Assembly (NCBI GenBank): GCA_051942245.1
Contig: JAVECL010000071.1
Span: 1-62,780, forward strand
DNA length: 62,780 nt
Source: Trypethelium eluteriae
Lineage: Eukaryota
Reading direction: 5' to 3'
Shown: positions 1-14,776 of the stretch, in pieces
Layout: each line of letters begins with the position of its first letter
Position numbering within the stretch: position 1 is the first letter of the stretch
Translations under genes and position numbers: made by a program
Notes under the pieces: generated by a model
What the model saw: the letters and a program-made list of their open reading frames with translations, nothing else
Databases searched by the model: none
Told to the model about the DNA's origin: nothing

Positions 1-1034
1 CTCGCACACGGGACACCGACTGCCGCCCCCCGGCGCAAACGCAATGTTCAGGTTCTTGCGCGGCTGCTGCTGCAGATCCAAGCTGTAGGGGCAGAAGATC
101 GAGACGTCGTGCACAGCAGCAGCGGGGGAGGCAGCGGGGTGTGACGCAGTGAGGGCGCGACTGGCGACAGCGGTGGCGACGGTGCCGCCGCGCGTTGCGG
201 TGTCGGTGATCTGCCGTAGCTTTGGGGGAGGCAGGGAGCGCTGGCGGCGGTGGTGCTGCGAGGAGGAGGAGGAGCCGCCGTTTTCGAGGCGCAAGCCACC
301 GCCGGAGTGCTGGTAGCGGTGGTATTGGGAGCGGAGGGCGTCGACAGAGTTGTGTTGCGCGGATTGCGAGGCTTGCACCAGCCGGTCGATGTCGGTGCGG
401 CGGAGGCGGCGGCCGTTTTCGAGCGCGTCTTGGAGGACTTGGATGACGGTTTGTTGGAGGCTGATGATTTGGGCTTGGAGTTGGTTTTCGGTGACGACTG
501 GGGAGGATAGGTGAGCTTGTTGAGATTAGAATAGTGTGTCGCGTGACTGGACTTACCATCGCCGGATGCGAATCGCTGGCCCCAGCGATCGTATCCTTGG
601 TCGTACTCTCTGCGAATGAGAGCTGGGGACCTATCTAGGTACTCAAGTAGGTTGTCCCTCGATCGTCTCCTACTTTTCGAACGCCTGCGTCGAGGACGGT
701 CATCTTCTGAGGAGCTACCACTACTATCATCATCTTTGCCCTTCTTGCCCTTTTTCATTTGATCGATTTCGTCCTTGAGTTTCTTGATCTCTTGGTTCTG
801 GCCTTCATCTCTCTTCTCTTGCTGATGCTTTTCCCGAAGACGCTCGTAGAGATTGTGCGATGAAGCAAAGGTTCCGATTAGCGTGGACACAAGTGTTGCG
901 ATGATAAATGTTTTCTATCCTCCAAAGTTAGCCGAAAGCATTCAATACGACAGCAGACTCCTCACTTTGAGGTTTTTCTCCTCAATCATATTAGCGTAAT
1001 TCATGTTGGGCACGGTGGGTAGGACGACCGGCAT
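1..1034 (-). CDS. Fungal hypothetical protein, 3' end runs off the window; two introns
   Basis: ATG at 1034 (MPVVLPTVPNMNYANMIEEKNLK), GTGAG intron ~915-965, exon TFIIATLVSTLIGTF...RFASGD, GTAAGT intron ~498-556, then VVTENQLQAQIISLQQTVIQVLQDAL...IFCPYSLDLQ...CPVCE open to base 1. Confidence 0.7.
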
Positions 1035-2738
1035 GAGAGCAAAAATGGGAAAGTGCGGCTTATGAGGTAGAGCTCAGGCAGCTGGTGCCGCTAAGGATGG
1101 GAGCTGGTGATAGGTCTAGAGATTGTTTTTTAGGAAAAGCGGTGGACCTGTCAAAACCTGACGCTGCATGCGTCATGCCACCTGCAAGTCGAGCATTTGC
1201 CTTAAGTCGAGGTCTTCAATGATCGCGATGGCCGCCATACCACCCCCAGTTGTCTCGTGGGAGGTTGGGCATCCACGTGTGAATGTCGCTCTCAAACGCT
1301 GCAATTTGCCAGCCCCCAACCGTCATCACAACACCATACGAATCTGTACCTTGTTGCGGGCACGATCCTTCGGACCGCAAGTTACCGGAAGCTGAGACAA
1401 TACTGCCATTTTCGGTGGGGCCCTCCTAGCAATTTAACTGCACGGAAGTTGCGGTGATGCCATTTCCCCCACCTTCGCAGTTCGTTCCTTCGCACCCTGG
1501 TAACTCGCTGACGTCGATAGAAGGGTAGTCCCGGGATCCTCTGCGCCAGATCTGCCGGCAAGAGAGACACCATCCGCGTCAGAGCCATAGTGTTACTACT
1601 ATGATCAAGAAAGTGTAGAGTGCAGAGACAGAAAGGATGGTGGCATCTATACTGGACGTTCCGCCTATAGTTCAGACCGCTGCTGTGCAGATACGCGTAA
1701 CCTGATAAGCTGTCGTGCAGCCAGCTGAAGCTTAGCATCGCCCTTGAATTACTCCATAGAGAAACGCTAGAGCGACCGATTGGTAGGTGCTCGGACATAT
1801 TTCGGAAGCCTTATAATGGTCTGATGGAGGAATGCCTTCCTTACTTGCCTACTATCGATGATAGGATGCTGTTTCTTACAAAAGCGGGCCTTACAGAGCT
1901 CGGGCACTTTTGGTATACCCCACAGAACATGGAGAAGGTGCTTATGCTACGGGCTAAGATACCTACTGACTTATCTTCACCTTCCTTAGCTGTCGCGTGT
2001 CTTGATTGCGTCCAGAATGTATCATTCTATCACGGGCTTCCTTACAGATCGACGTATTGCCAGGAGCCTGTAAAAGGAAAAAATGCTTTCCAACTTACGC
2101 TGATGTCACGAAGAACATCGCAAAGCACATGAAACGATGGGGTGATTGGTAATGGATGCTTAAAGGTTTCATCCTATCTATACGTTCAACTGTAGAATTT
2201 CGGTTGTGGAGTTAGGGGTTAGATAGATAAAGCTTGATGCTTCATGGATGAACCTTGGCCTCCAGTGCGACTGACTGGGGAACAATAATGGCTGATTCAA
2301 TCTATTTCAATGTCACTACCTAGCTGAAGGACTCGAGTATGCTTTGTCTGTAGGAAGCATGAGGGGTATCGTGAATTTCTCTCCCCTATTCTTTTAAATT
2401 CAGAAAAGACCTCCAGAGCCGCCGACCCGGACGCTCAGCGCCTACAAGCCAGTCTACCACAAGATGCAATCGAACTGGGATTGTAATAGAAAATAATACA
2501 ATGGAACACAGGAGAGGCTCGGATAGGCTAAGGGACAGCTTCGACAAGTGACGCTGTGCTCTCGAGCACGAAAATCGTCCGGCGAAGCTGAGTCTCAGTG
2601 CGGGAGTTCAATCGTCAATGCCGTATTGTCCAAGTCCTATTTCGAACTCTCTCCAAAGCACCCAGCGGGAGATTTTACTATTGAGTTGGCGGAGGCATTC
2701 TGGAAACCGACCATGATCCACAAACCCCAGTGATGAAC

Positions 2739-5061
2739 TCAGCGAATAGATGCCTCATCGAAAGCTGGCGTTTGTTCGAGCGCGGTATCTGCCGTCCGTG
2801 TGTGGTCCGGTGTAACGTCAATGTTTGGTTTCGTATCCTTCTCGCTAGTCTCAGCGCTCTTGTCGGACGTCTGCTCTAGGCTTGTAGGCGTTTCGTTGGA
2901 GTTCTCTATATGTTCGACTTCTTTGGCCGGGGTCTCTGTAGATCCCGGTACGGTGGTTTCCGCTGCCTCCGGAATGAAATCTTTTTCACGTGTAGACGCT
3001 GCTTTAGATGCAGACACTTTTTCAGGCTGAGACTCTTCTGCCTGCTCGGACTCTAACTCAGGTTCTGCTCCAACATCTTTGATTGGTGTTTGGGCAGGTT
3101 CGGCTGCAGGCTCCAACTTAGGTTCTGCTCCAACATCTATGAATGGTGCTATGGCAGGTTCGGCTGCAGGCTCCGGTACAATATCGTTGGTACGCTCAGG
3201 TGATGCTTCTCGCGCTGATTCTTGCTTGGGCTTTATGACATCGTCAGGTATAGTTTCAGGTACAGCCTCGGGCATAGTTTCTGCTTTTGACCTTTCCAAT
3301 ACATCAGGCGTCTCCTGCACCGCTTCGTGCGTGGATTCAGCAGGGCTAATATCCTCAATAGCACCCAAAGTCTCGTCCTCATGATGGGATTCATTGTGAG
3401 ACGCAGAACCATTCTGCTTAGTCTCCTTGCCTTTTGTAGCAGCCGATACAGCCTTTTTCGCCTTGGCCGTTAGGCTCTGCTCAGATTGTCTTGGTTTGGT
3501 GGTGGTAGACCGGTTATTTGGCGGAGACCTCACTTCCGGCTTTTCGGCAGTCTTGTTTGCAGAGCTCGCGGTCGGTCTCATCATACGAGCAAGAAACCCG
3601 TCATCTGCCCCACGAGCATTCGTATTAGATTCGGCACGCTTTGCAGGCGATGCAGATGGTAATGACTGTCGTGGAGCCTCTCTGCGGGAAGGCGCTGGTT
3701 TTGTTGTTCCCGCATTGGGGCGAGGAGCCGGCTTGCGAGCAGCGGAGGAAGTGGTCGACGGCGCGTCCCCATGCTTAGCAGCAGAAGACGCAGTAGGTGC
3801 TGTAAGATGAGCTGGCAACTTTACAGGACGCGTTGGGGATCGAGGTTTCGACTTGGATGATTCACTGGTTGCGTGGCTAGAATCATTCTTTTTCGCAGAC
3901 GAAGCCGCAGTCGGTCGAGTGGCCGTTGACGATCTTGCTGAAGTCGTAGATTTGGTAGATTCCAAGGACATGCGACTTTGCCTTGTGCTGGGTCGACGTG
4001 GTTAGTATTGTGGGTTTGAGGATATAGTTGTTCAGGAAATACCTTGGAGACTTAGGCGCTGTGCCGTTTCCCGACGGTTTGGCCGTCGAGACAGTTTTTG
4101 TTGAAGAAGTAAAGGGTCGAGTTGAGGTAGACTTTGACGGAGACTTCGTCTCAGTGCTCTTCGTGGCAGAAGATTGTGGTTTTGCTGCCGCTGTACCATT
4201 CTGCTTCATTCCCGGTTTCTCCTTCACGGAGCTGAATTTTGAAGAAGCACTAGGTACAGACGTGCCATTTGGGACTGGGCTTGCTTTTGCGGCTTCTGTC
4301 AATGGCCTTGATATTGGGTTGGCAGGGGGAGGTAAGGCCTCGCCACCGGACACAGCGCTCTCATCCTTGGGATCCGTAGGTCTCATCGTGACGGGGGTTT
4401 CTTCGACAGCGGATACCATCTTATCAGGATTTGCACCCGGAGTGTCTTCAGGTACCGACGCCGTGTTCTTAAGGCCTGTGCCTGCTTTGTTCACAAAGTC
4501 ACCCATGGCCTTCTCTTTCCGCGGTCTTATAGCTGGCGAAGGTGATGGTGTTGTCTCAATTGCAGACTCTGGTATCGTCTCTGCAGCTTTACTCTGCTTG
4601 CGCTCCTCCTTTTCTTGTGACACTGTCTTCTTCAATTCCGCAATCTTATCCGAATCTTGGGATTCACTCAGACTGAAGCTTTCTCTCCGGGCCGAGGCGC
4701 TGCTAGGGACTTTGTGATAGAAATGTCAGTATGAATGGTTTAAGTCACGGGTGACATAGGGATGGAAATGTTGGTGGGAAATTGCGTCTGGAACTCTAAT
4801 AGTACTAGTCGTGCTTCCAACCGGGAAACCTCTCCCGCATTTGGAATGTTGAAGGTTCCTCAGAAACTGACCTTCTGTATCCATCTGCGAGCTTCCAGGT
4901 TCCACTGAGACGAAGCTTGCGCGGACCTTGGAGGTCCTTCTGTTTTCACTGGCGGTGCTACCAGCTGGAGAGCGACTGCGGGATTCGGAGACATCGTCAT
5001 CCTTGTTTTCGAACATTGCACGGAGGTTCCTGACTCCGGAGCTAGATCGGTTGTTCGACAT
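2739..5061 (-). CDS. Low-complexity Ser/Thr/Ala/Lys/Glu-rich hypothetical protein, two introns
   Basis: ATG at 5061 (MSNNRSSSGVRNLRAMFENK...RASFVSVE); ORFs 4726-5208, 3883-4635 and 2739-3971 join through GT..AG introns ~4711-4871 and ~3989-4042; repeated LxxPTASSAxK motifs. Confidence 0.7.
3061..3174. repeat. Two-copy 60-bp coding tandem repeat
   Basis: ggttctgctccaacatct...ggcaggttcggctgcaggctcc at 3061 and 3121, encoding EPAAEPAxxPxxDVGAEP twice. Confidence 0.9.
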
Positions 5062-5538
5062 TTTGGGTAATCTGCTTTTTGGAGGCAAGAACGAGTGAGG
5101 AAGGCACCTGCATATTCTGCGCAAGAGCAGATGAGCAGGTAATAGGGTGGTCCCGCTCGTAAGGTACTCTTGTTGAAACACGACCAGGGGTTTCGCTCCG
5201 TTACCCAATGGTCAAAAACATGGCCAATTCAATAATATCTCCCAGGGGCTCTGGCGTGTTTGGCCGAAGCTTCCTCACCCTCCGCCGGAAACTTTGCCGC
5301 AGGACGCAGGTACCAGTGGTACCTTATCATCACCCTTCGTCCTGCAACGAGCTCCAGACTTATGCGATACAGCAAAGCCTCGATTCTCATAGCGCTGTGC
5401 ACGATATAGCTAGATCTGTGTGATGGGTCGTGAAGGTTACGCATGATCTACAATTGCTACTTCCAACAACTGAATTTAGCAAGTTTGAGTAACACTCTGC
5501 TCCCATTCCATTCAACTGAGTCAGCCTTCCTAAATCCT

Positions 5539-7103
5539 CTATTTGAATGTGTGGATACACTGCGCATTGCAGTACGCAAGCAGTCCGAGATTTCCCCACT
5601 CTCCACCAATTCCGCTCTCTTTGTGTCCACCAAAAAACACCTTTGGTGTCAACTTCGAGAAGCTATTGACGAAAATTGATCCAGCATCAAGCTGCTTGGC
5701 TATCTTCTCGGCTCGCGCAACATCTTTGCCCCAGACAGACGCCGCAAGACCAGCATTAGTGTTGTTGGCGCGCCGAATGACTTCTGCTTCATCCGACCAT
5801 GGCTGAAGGGGTACGATCGGACCGAATGGCTCTTCTGTGATGATTCTCGACTCATTTGGAGGATTGTCGATGATGGTCGGTTGGACGAAGAAGCCGCCGT
5901 TCATCTCCTCCACCTCATCCTTCCCTGTCGCGAATTTGTAGCCATTCTTTTTGCTGTCTGTGAAGAAGCCCTTCACTCTCTCATATTGCATCTTGTTCTG
6001 GATTGGTCCAAGCATGACGCCTGGGTCGTCAGATAAGCCAACCTTAAAAGTGCCGGCAGCCTTTGTTATGGCTTGGAGGAATGGTTCATAGATCGATTCG
6101 TGGACGTAGATCCGCTTGGTTGCCACGCAGACCTGGATAGAACGGCGTGAGTAAATCTGTCCGGAAGGCGAAGTTTTGATCCAGTCAACGGGCCAACTCA
6201 CCTGCCCAGAATTCATGAAAGCTCCCATTGCGACTTGAGGAGCTGTTTTCTCAATATCAACGTCTGGCAGAACGATCGCAGCGTCGTTCCCCCCCATCTC
6301 AAGCGTCACCCGTTTCAATGTCTTTGCACACGCTTCCATGACTTTCTTTCCTGTAGCAATGCTTCCAGTAAAGCTAATCTTCGAGATACCAGGATGCACC
6401 GTCATCATCGGGCCAAGCTTGTCATCGCCGCCAACGGCTTGTACGACACCGGGCGGAAATACATTCTGTGCCAACTCGGCGATCTTGAGTGCGGTATAAG
6501 GTGTGAAGGGGGAGGGCTTGATGATAATGGTGCATCCGGTGAGTAATGCAGGAGCCATTTTACCGATGGAAAGTGTTATGGGGAAATTCCAGGGACAGAT
6601 GGCACCAACTACGCCAAGAGGAGTGTAGCGAGTGATGGCGACCCGTTCGTCGTCTTCGTAACGCTCTTCCGGGATATTCAAGTTTACATGGTGGCCGATG
6701 ACGCCCGCGGCGCTGCCCTCTGCTTCTCTTTGAGCAAATGCTCGCTACCCATCTCTGCATGAGTCAAGCGCTCGAAAAGTTGTTTGACAACACCTACTGG
6801 TTTGCCGCTCTCCTTGATCAGGAGATTGGTGAAATCCTCTTTATACTCTGTGTAGAGGTCGACGAAAGCTCTGAGTTTGTCCTTGCGCTCTTCAACTGGC
6901 ACTTGAGACCATGATTCAAAGGCCTTTTGAGCCGATCGCACAGCATCGTTTAGGTCCTGCTCTGTTGCAACGGGAACGTCCCACGATTTCTCTCCGGTGG
7001 TGGGGTCAACCCCATTAGTATAGGTCTTGGCATCTCGTTGCTTGCCATCGATGATGTTATGGAAGGTGGTGAAGTCGATGTTAATGGTTTTGGATGGAGA
7101 CAT
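5539..7103 (-). CDS. NAD(P)-dependent aldehyde dehydrogenase
   Basis: PWNFP, KPSPFTP, FTGSIATGKKV, LEMGGND, catalytic NSGQ|VCVATKR (69-bp intron 6133-6201), EEPFGP, FGGHKESG; first intron ~6746-6797. Confidence 0.95.
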
Positions 7104-9952
7104 GATGGGAGATGATGAGAACTTGCAGAATCGGATATGTAAAACGAAGACGTCAGGAAATTGGAACTTTGAACAAAACGAGCCACCTGCCTAGCTTTGT
7201 AATATTATTCCCAAAAGAGGTGCACAAAGCTCCGTTGTGCGTGGTTTCACCTCGACCTACCGAGTGCTCCCCCGCGCCTGCCTGTCGAACGGGTATGGCT
7301 GCTAAATACTAGCATCCACGCCGTCGTGGATGTGCGTGAAATGCACCGAGGTTGCACTGCCGCGGCGAGGAAGTGGCTTTGTATTGAGACCATCGAGAGC
7401 GAAACAATTCTTACATTCCATCTTGTCGGTTCTGTTAGAAAAACCACTCGCTTTCGGTGCGTGTCAGTCAGCCGATCACCAAATTCAAATTTATTCCTTT
7501 GCCTTGATATTGGAAACTTTTGCCATTAGGTTACTCTGGTCAATTAGCCGAGTAAACCCGAACGTAGTACCATACCTTGAGGATAGGTAAGCCGCATGAT
7601 AAGATCTCTGCTAGTGACAGTCACCAATCAAACTCCACGAAGCCGTGATGATCTTACGTAGGTGGGCCTTTGCGCTAGTGAAAACCATCACTCTGGGTAA
7701 GGTTAGTGCGTATACTGGAAGCTGTCATGCACTCTATACTGCAGGTAAAACGTCCATAAAAACGGAAGACGTGTTCAAACTGAAGAACCAGACAATGAAG
7801 AAGCAGCTTTTTCAAGGTTAGAATCAGGATAATGTAGAAATTGTCCTTAAGACAGCTGCCTCTGTCTCTCCTGGATATTTCTAATGCATCTACAGCAAAC
7901 AAGAAGACGAAGCACTATCGAGAGATCTTGTTCCGCGCCTGTCGGGTGCTCTGTTTGCGCAAATGGATGATTGCAAAGTGATCAAGATACCAAATACCTA
8001 ATCTCGAACTTTGAATGTGTTTACGCAAATTTCTCGGAAGTTGTATGCGTACCTCAGGATTTTAAAACCACAGACAACATTTTTCATCAGCGATAGGAGA
8101 GCACTTTGACGTCTCGAAATGAACCATGTGGAAGTCAGAGGCTAAGCTACGGAATCATCTGCAGTGGAATGGATACCTACAAGAGATCCGCTGATGAGCT
8201 GGCAGGTAAGACGGGATGCATGCCGGTGTTGCAAAGAGAAACTTACCCGGCCTTTTCCGATACTGCTAGACTTTACCAAGAGACAAATCCAGGACGAGAA
8301 ATAGCTTCTCTCGTGCATTGCAGTAAAGACTTGTGATCTGTCTTGCAGAAAGTAAAGTTTGTGATGGCTTTAGGTGTCAATTTCAGTTCATGTAGCAACA
8401 ATATACAGTAAGACAGACAGGCTTTAGGACTTGTATATCCTTATCAGACTGTCAACCAGCAATCTAGATTGTAGCCATTCTGTTCTATCATCCTCTTCGA
8501 CGTGGGCCATTCTATCCATTGCATGCTTTTCTTGACGTGTCTTCATCTGCAAGGGAGGAGTGATACATTTAGACTCTGACTCCCTAATACGGAGAAGTAG
8601 CTCTCTACCTTAGATCGTTTCAAGGGCATCTTTTCATGACATCCGTCAAAGTCTCCAACGCGTGCCAGTTCCCCGAAGTTTTGTCCTATCCTGATACCAT
8701 GCTTAAAGTAGCACCTCCGGTCCGAGTTTCACTTCGTAGTCTTGCTTTGCGAAGGTTCTCCTCTAGAACGGTAGCTTGTTTGAATGGACGTCCTCCTCCT
8801 TCAGCTTTGGAAACAAAGATGGGTTTTCATCATCCTAGACGCGGACGATGCTTCAAAAAGAAAGGCCCAAGACTTGGCGACATGGACAGTCAAGCGAGGT
8901 CTTAATTTCATCGTCCCTAGCATGGCAAGAGTTTGATTTGGCAAGCTCGACCTTGATAGAACACTTAGTAGAGGCAGCCATGTTTGAGAGTATAACGGGT
9001 TTTCTTGACAGAAATCTAACCGATTAGAAATCTAAATAGGGTGAAGAGATCTCGACGGGAAACTACCCAAGTGCTTCCAATATTTTTAGCTATAGGTGAG
9101 AGGAATCACGAGTGTTTGCGAGTGTGATGGTGGAAGATCAGTCGTATCTGAGCTTTCATGGAAGCCCATGATTCGGCACGCCAGCGACAATGGAGAGTGC
9201 AAGCAGACAGAAGTTGTAGTTTCCATATCGCTGTATTTTTCCTAGGGTATAGACTAGAATCGAAGCACGTAGACTGTCCAAAACCTTCTTAAGATTGGCC
9301 TATCTAGGGAAGATTCATGACCAACTCGTCCTCGTGCTCAGGACCAAGCACTCAAAAAAAGTTCAAGCGAGTGTTAAGTGGCTTACTACATGGTAGATCA
9401 GAATGATGCAGATGCACCAAGTATGGAAATCCGCTTGCTTTTGCGTGTTCTGTTCGGTAAGATGTTGAGGGGCGGGCGAGTTTTCGAACGCCAATGGGCA
9501 GTCTGGCAAAATACCAAGTCGAACTGAGATCCGCAAGGATTCAGAGGGATGAGAGAGTCTCTGTCTGCCAAAGAGGCACTCATTCGATCTAGATACATGA
9601 TTCAGCGTCTATAAAGTCATCTCTCTCATTTTAAAACCTAGTGGAAAAAGGGTAACAACTCGATCTGATGCAGTCGCTTCGAAGTTTCGCCGATTACTCT
9701 GGGGTTGACGTTCTCCACGGTCATCATAGAAACCAAATTCTCGCTACCACCTTGATCTGTGTATGTGGGATGAACGGTCGCCAGTAAAGAAAAGTCAGCA
9801 AAGCATCGCCAAACCCTAATTCTCCCATTCCTTGCCAGCCGTTGACGCGGTAGCAGCCATTCCAAAACGCTTAATATAGCGGACGGGGTGGTAGATAAAG
9901 TCATCCACCTTGCATTGCAACGAGGTGTGCTGTCAAGGCTATTGACCTGCAT

Positions 9953-10896
<944 letters not shown>

Positions 10897-11190
10897 ATTC
10901 ACGAAGCCGGACGCTGCTCAACAAAAAATTGTGGCGAAAGTCAAGCAATCGGAGGAAGGAAAGAGTGGCCTCTAGATGCGGTCTCGTGAAGGTCAAACCC
11001 TCACGTACGTGCCTAGGTAAAGTAACCGCGAGGAATGGAAAGAAAGTCGATGGGTGGTTGTGCAGTTAAAGGAAGCGGTGGGGCAGAGAGGCAGAAAAGA
11101 GAAGGGCGGGCACAAATTCGATGGCGGCGCTGATTGTTTTGCTCACCCCTAGGCAGTATTTAACGAACCGGCAACCAGCTCGGACCGATT

Positions 11191-11200
11191 GTCACGTGAC
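11191..11200. promoter_or_regulatory. GTCACGTGAC palindrome (Cbf1/bHLH-type E-box) upstream of Ran
   Basis: Perfect 10-bp palindrome ~295 bp upstream of the Ran ATG; function is inferred only. Confidence 0.4.
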
Positions 11201-11646
11201 TCGTTGCTCAGTCAGGCAACATCTGAGCTGAGCTGAGCTGCCTGGAGCTTTTGGTCGGAGTGCATAATGGCATCAAAGAACGAGATTTGTCGTTCTCGAT
11301 TTTGTAGTTCCATTGATCGGCTGCTTAGACTGAACCAATCCAAGAAGCTTATGCCTGATTCGGTCACTGTCCTTGTCTCGAAGAAAATATATACAACACT
11401 CGTATTCGCTAGGAGGTAATTGACATTGGCTTACAGCATTCTAGCCATTGATAACAAACATCAATAAGAAAGCACTAATGCCAACCATGCTCGAAGCCCC
11501 TATCCAAGTGGGGAAAAGCTAAGGCTTGTGAATATGCTGTGAAAAGCTTCTACCAGACTCCCATTCTCAGAACCCATGACATTTGTCTCCCCCCAACACC
11601 AAAATATGCTTCGCTCGAAACCAAATGCAATGTTCGAATTACGTTT

Positions 11647-13346
11647 TCAACAGAGGCGCAGTGCCTTGCTAATCCAGCCACACCTCTTCTTCGGTTGAGG
11701 CGGGATTGCCAGATCCCTGACCGCTGCCATGACATAGGTCTGATATGGTTCCCCACGCCACTCAGCCTTCATCTTTGTGGTACCCGATGCTGGATCGGGT
11801 ATTTCCACCTTTTTGAACAGTTGCGGCTCGAAACTGACGGACCTCCAGGCCCAGAAGAGTCGTCTCCAGTAACACGCCTGAGCGGCAGGGGTTAGGTAAC
11901 GATCTCGGAAAGTGGCAACGCTGTTATTTGCAATAAGTTCAACTTGTAGCGGATCATCCAACAGGGTCTCGATCTTTTCGCTTAAGTCTGAGAAATCGCG
12001 TTCGACCTGAACGTAGTTTTGGTGGGGACCTTCAGCAACGAGGAGGTGATGGTAATTCTCGACCCATTCGCGCTTGTGAATCACGGATACGGAGTGGCAG
12101 TTAAGGAGATACTTTAGTCTACCCGAATAACTTATGCCTGCTCGTGTGTTAGTAACGAATTTTCGGTTTCGACGAGAAGAGGCTCAACGACTACGTACCC
12201 TCTGTCTGGATCAAGAACAGATAGTCGCAATGATCGACTATTTTGATAAACTGGTTACTTTGCTCATTGTGTTCTTTTTCCCAAACGACTTCGTGCACAT
12301 CTGCCCACTCCTTATCTCTTGTATGGTCTAATAGATCTTGCCTTATTGGGTTGAACTGGGCCAAGTTGGCACCCCTCCAAATGGCTTGCGGCTTCTTTTC
12401 AAGGATGGAAGGCTCCTGTTGCGCGATGCCCTGCCGTACCTGCTCATAAGATCCCACTAGAGTCGTATCCCAAGCCCAGAATCCAAAGTCTGGCATGACC
12501 CATTGCTCTTCCTTATCATGTGGCCTCGCCAGTGCCCAAAGAGGCCATTTACCGGGATCTTCCAGGTTCGCGATATCTTCGACGGAAAAGGTAAATTCGA
12601 TGTTGGGTATAGGTCCATCGAAAGCCGTGATAGCACGATGTATGGAGCCGAGTAGAGCAAAGGCGCGAATAATATCCAAACTTCCTTCGTTATATTTCGC
12701 CTCGATAATGTATAGCTGAAGGTCGCAGATTAGTCGCCATTGATGGTCAGCTAAAGAATCAGCGAGGGCATCTTACCTCACGGTTGTAAATCATTGCCCT
12801 GACGACGCCACCCTCTTTCCACGATATGTCCACATCATCAACTGTAATGTTCCCACCAGTATGCGTGTATGCTACCGCTCGGTGGAGTTCCGTGTACAAC
12901 TGCGGGAAGGCGGCGTCGCATTGCGAGTCGCTCAGACCGTAGTCGCCGCCATCTCTTGCCGTGTCAAAGGACCAGTCAGCCTCCACTGGCCGAGTCTCGG
13001 GATTGCCCAGTGCAGCGGAGAGAAAACCTTCCGTGTTATCATCCTCCGGCAGCGGGTATGTTATCTCAAACGTTGACGTCGGAGCTGGGCTCGTTATCTG
13101 CGTTGCGTGCTCTGTCGAGAGTGATGCAGCAGTAGGTTTAGGCGACGAGGTCGGTTTCGATGATGTACTAGTGGAGGTTGACGTTTTTTTCGCTTGCACC
13201 GCATCATACTCTTTGTTTTCCGGATCTGAGATCGCTATAGGCGGTGTTCGACGAGGGTAGAGGAAAAAGACGGAGAGTAAGAGGATGGGAACGCAGCAAG
13301 CGACAAAAAGGAAGGTAGCGCCACGCGCATGCTTAGGTGATAGCAT
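11647..13346 (-). CDS. Glycosyltransferase family 90 (CAP10/KDELC-like) type II membrane protein
   Basis: N-terminal TM segment, Ser/Thr stem, QCDAAFPQL, VRAMIY, PNIEFTFSVED, WVMPDFGFWAW, DHCDYLFLIQTEG|ISYSGRLKYLLNCHSV, FRDRYLTPAAQACYWRRL; two introns. Confidence 0.9.
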
Positions 13347-14349
13347 GCTTGTTGCTAAATATCCGCATGAAGAGTAAGTGCAGATAGAAGAAGGTCTGCG
13401 TTTACATCGGCGGCGGGAGTGTCACAGGCATGAGTAAGGAGGAACTGAGGGAGTCGGTCGTACAGAGCAGCACCCCGGATGCGGATCCACTGCCAATAGT
13501 TTAATAATAATACCACACCTGCTTCTGGGTGAGACAGGTATATGATACACATGCAAGTACTCCGGCTGCCGACGGATTTCTCCTGAAGCCCAATTGAACC
13601 CATTTGCAGGCGAAGCCTTAGCGTTGTCGGGCGCGCCCAGGTCTGCCTTGATTTGCCCTGCCTAGCTCACAGCAGTGCACTCATTAGTGGGAAGTACCGC
13701 GTACCTCCGGTCACAGCTGACTGGCTTCATGGAGGCCTAGAAGTTGAAATTGGACGCCTCGTGCGCCACTTAAGAATTGTGCAATCCAGGCTAGCATGCT
13801 GTCCACGGGCTAGGCAGGTACGCCAGGGTGTCAGACCGGATACGGATCCGCGATAAGAATGGCGAGACCTAACGGGAAGGCGCAGTAGGCGGGATTAGGG
13901 GCAATTAGGGAAGATTAGCTGGTGTCTGGCAGCCAAAGACAGAGGCACGAGAGGGTCCAGACGCTTGTGCGATCTTCGACGCTACAGATCCTAGCCTGTG
14001 TTTCATCGCACGTCCACTAAGGTAATCTGACAGTACGGCAAGCATCGACACGGGCGAGGAATTTGCCTGCTAGTAATGATGTCTCTGTAGAACGTGTTCC
14101 GGGATTTTGTAGTTCCGCTTGCTTTCGCAGTTTTAAGCTTCTCCCCTGCCAAGACATCCTTCCCAACCATTGCCCGCAGGACCAGAAAGGATGAAATGGC
14201 TGACTACCGTGTCTATGTCACTGAGACGTTATCGCTCACCACGGCATGGGCGCGATGATATATAATGTCGACTGGTTGATAGACAAGATAATTTACGTTT
14301 AGCTACCTATTCTACCTTAGGAATTATGAAAAGAAGCGCACGAACCGTA

Positions 14350-14586
14350 CCAGGGGGAAGATAAAACCAATGTCGCCTAACCCAAACCCCCCTTGACCAA
14401 ACTAGCCCCAATTTCGCGTGGTTTCTTTTTGTTGCTAGAGCCATCTAACAACTGAATTTACTTGAGATATCAAAAAGCAATGAGTCTCAGGTTGTCGGGG
14501 CGTTCACAGATGCTTGTCAGCATGAAATAGAGGCGGCAGTGATAAGTGGGGGTTTTGGGTAACGGACATTTGCATTTACCCCATGG
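14350..14586. mobile_element. Possible degenerate MITE (~237 bp, imperfect terminal inverted repeats)
   Basis: Left CCAGGGGG..AATGTC..ACCCAAACCCCCCTT versus reverse complement of right CCATGGGG..AATGTC..ACCCAAAACCCCCACTT; TA on the left flank, TG on the right; intergenic. Confidence 0.3.
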
Positions 14587-14776
14587 TGAACGGAACAAGT
14601 AGGTGTACCTTCCTCTACTGTTGTTTCGATATCCTGCTGAGCTCTCCTTCCATACGATATTCTTGGTTGTTATCATCAATGAAGGGCCATTCGGATATGA
14701 TATGTGGAGTCTGAGATAAGGACTCTCATAAATATCACCAAAGTCAAATAAGAAACGTCGGCGCTACTGGTGTTGG

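Noticed and set aside
1380..2140. Short ORFs or possible decayed gene or TE
   Set aside because: No recognisable motifs in any frame
6133..6201. Apparent 23-aa insertion beside the ALDH catalytic Cys
   Set aside because: It is a 69-bp in-frame GTGAGT...CAG intron
7600..9200. Coding-like intergenic stretch, possible pseudogene
   Set aside because: Only short ORFs; no family could be recognised
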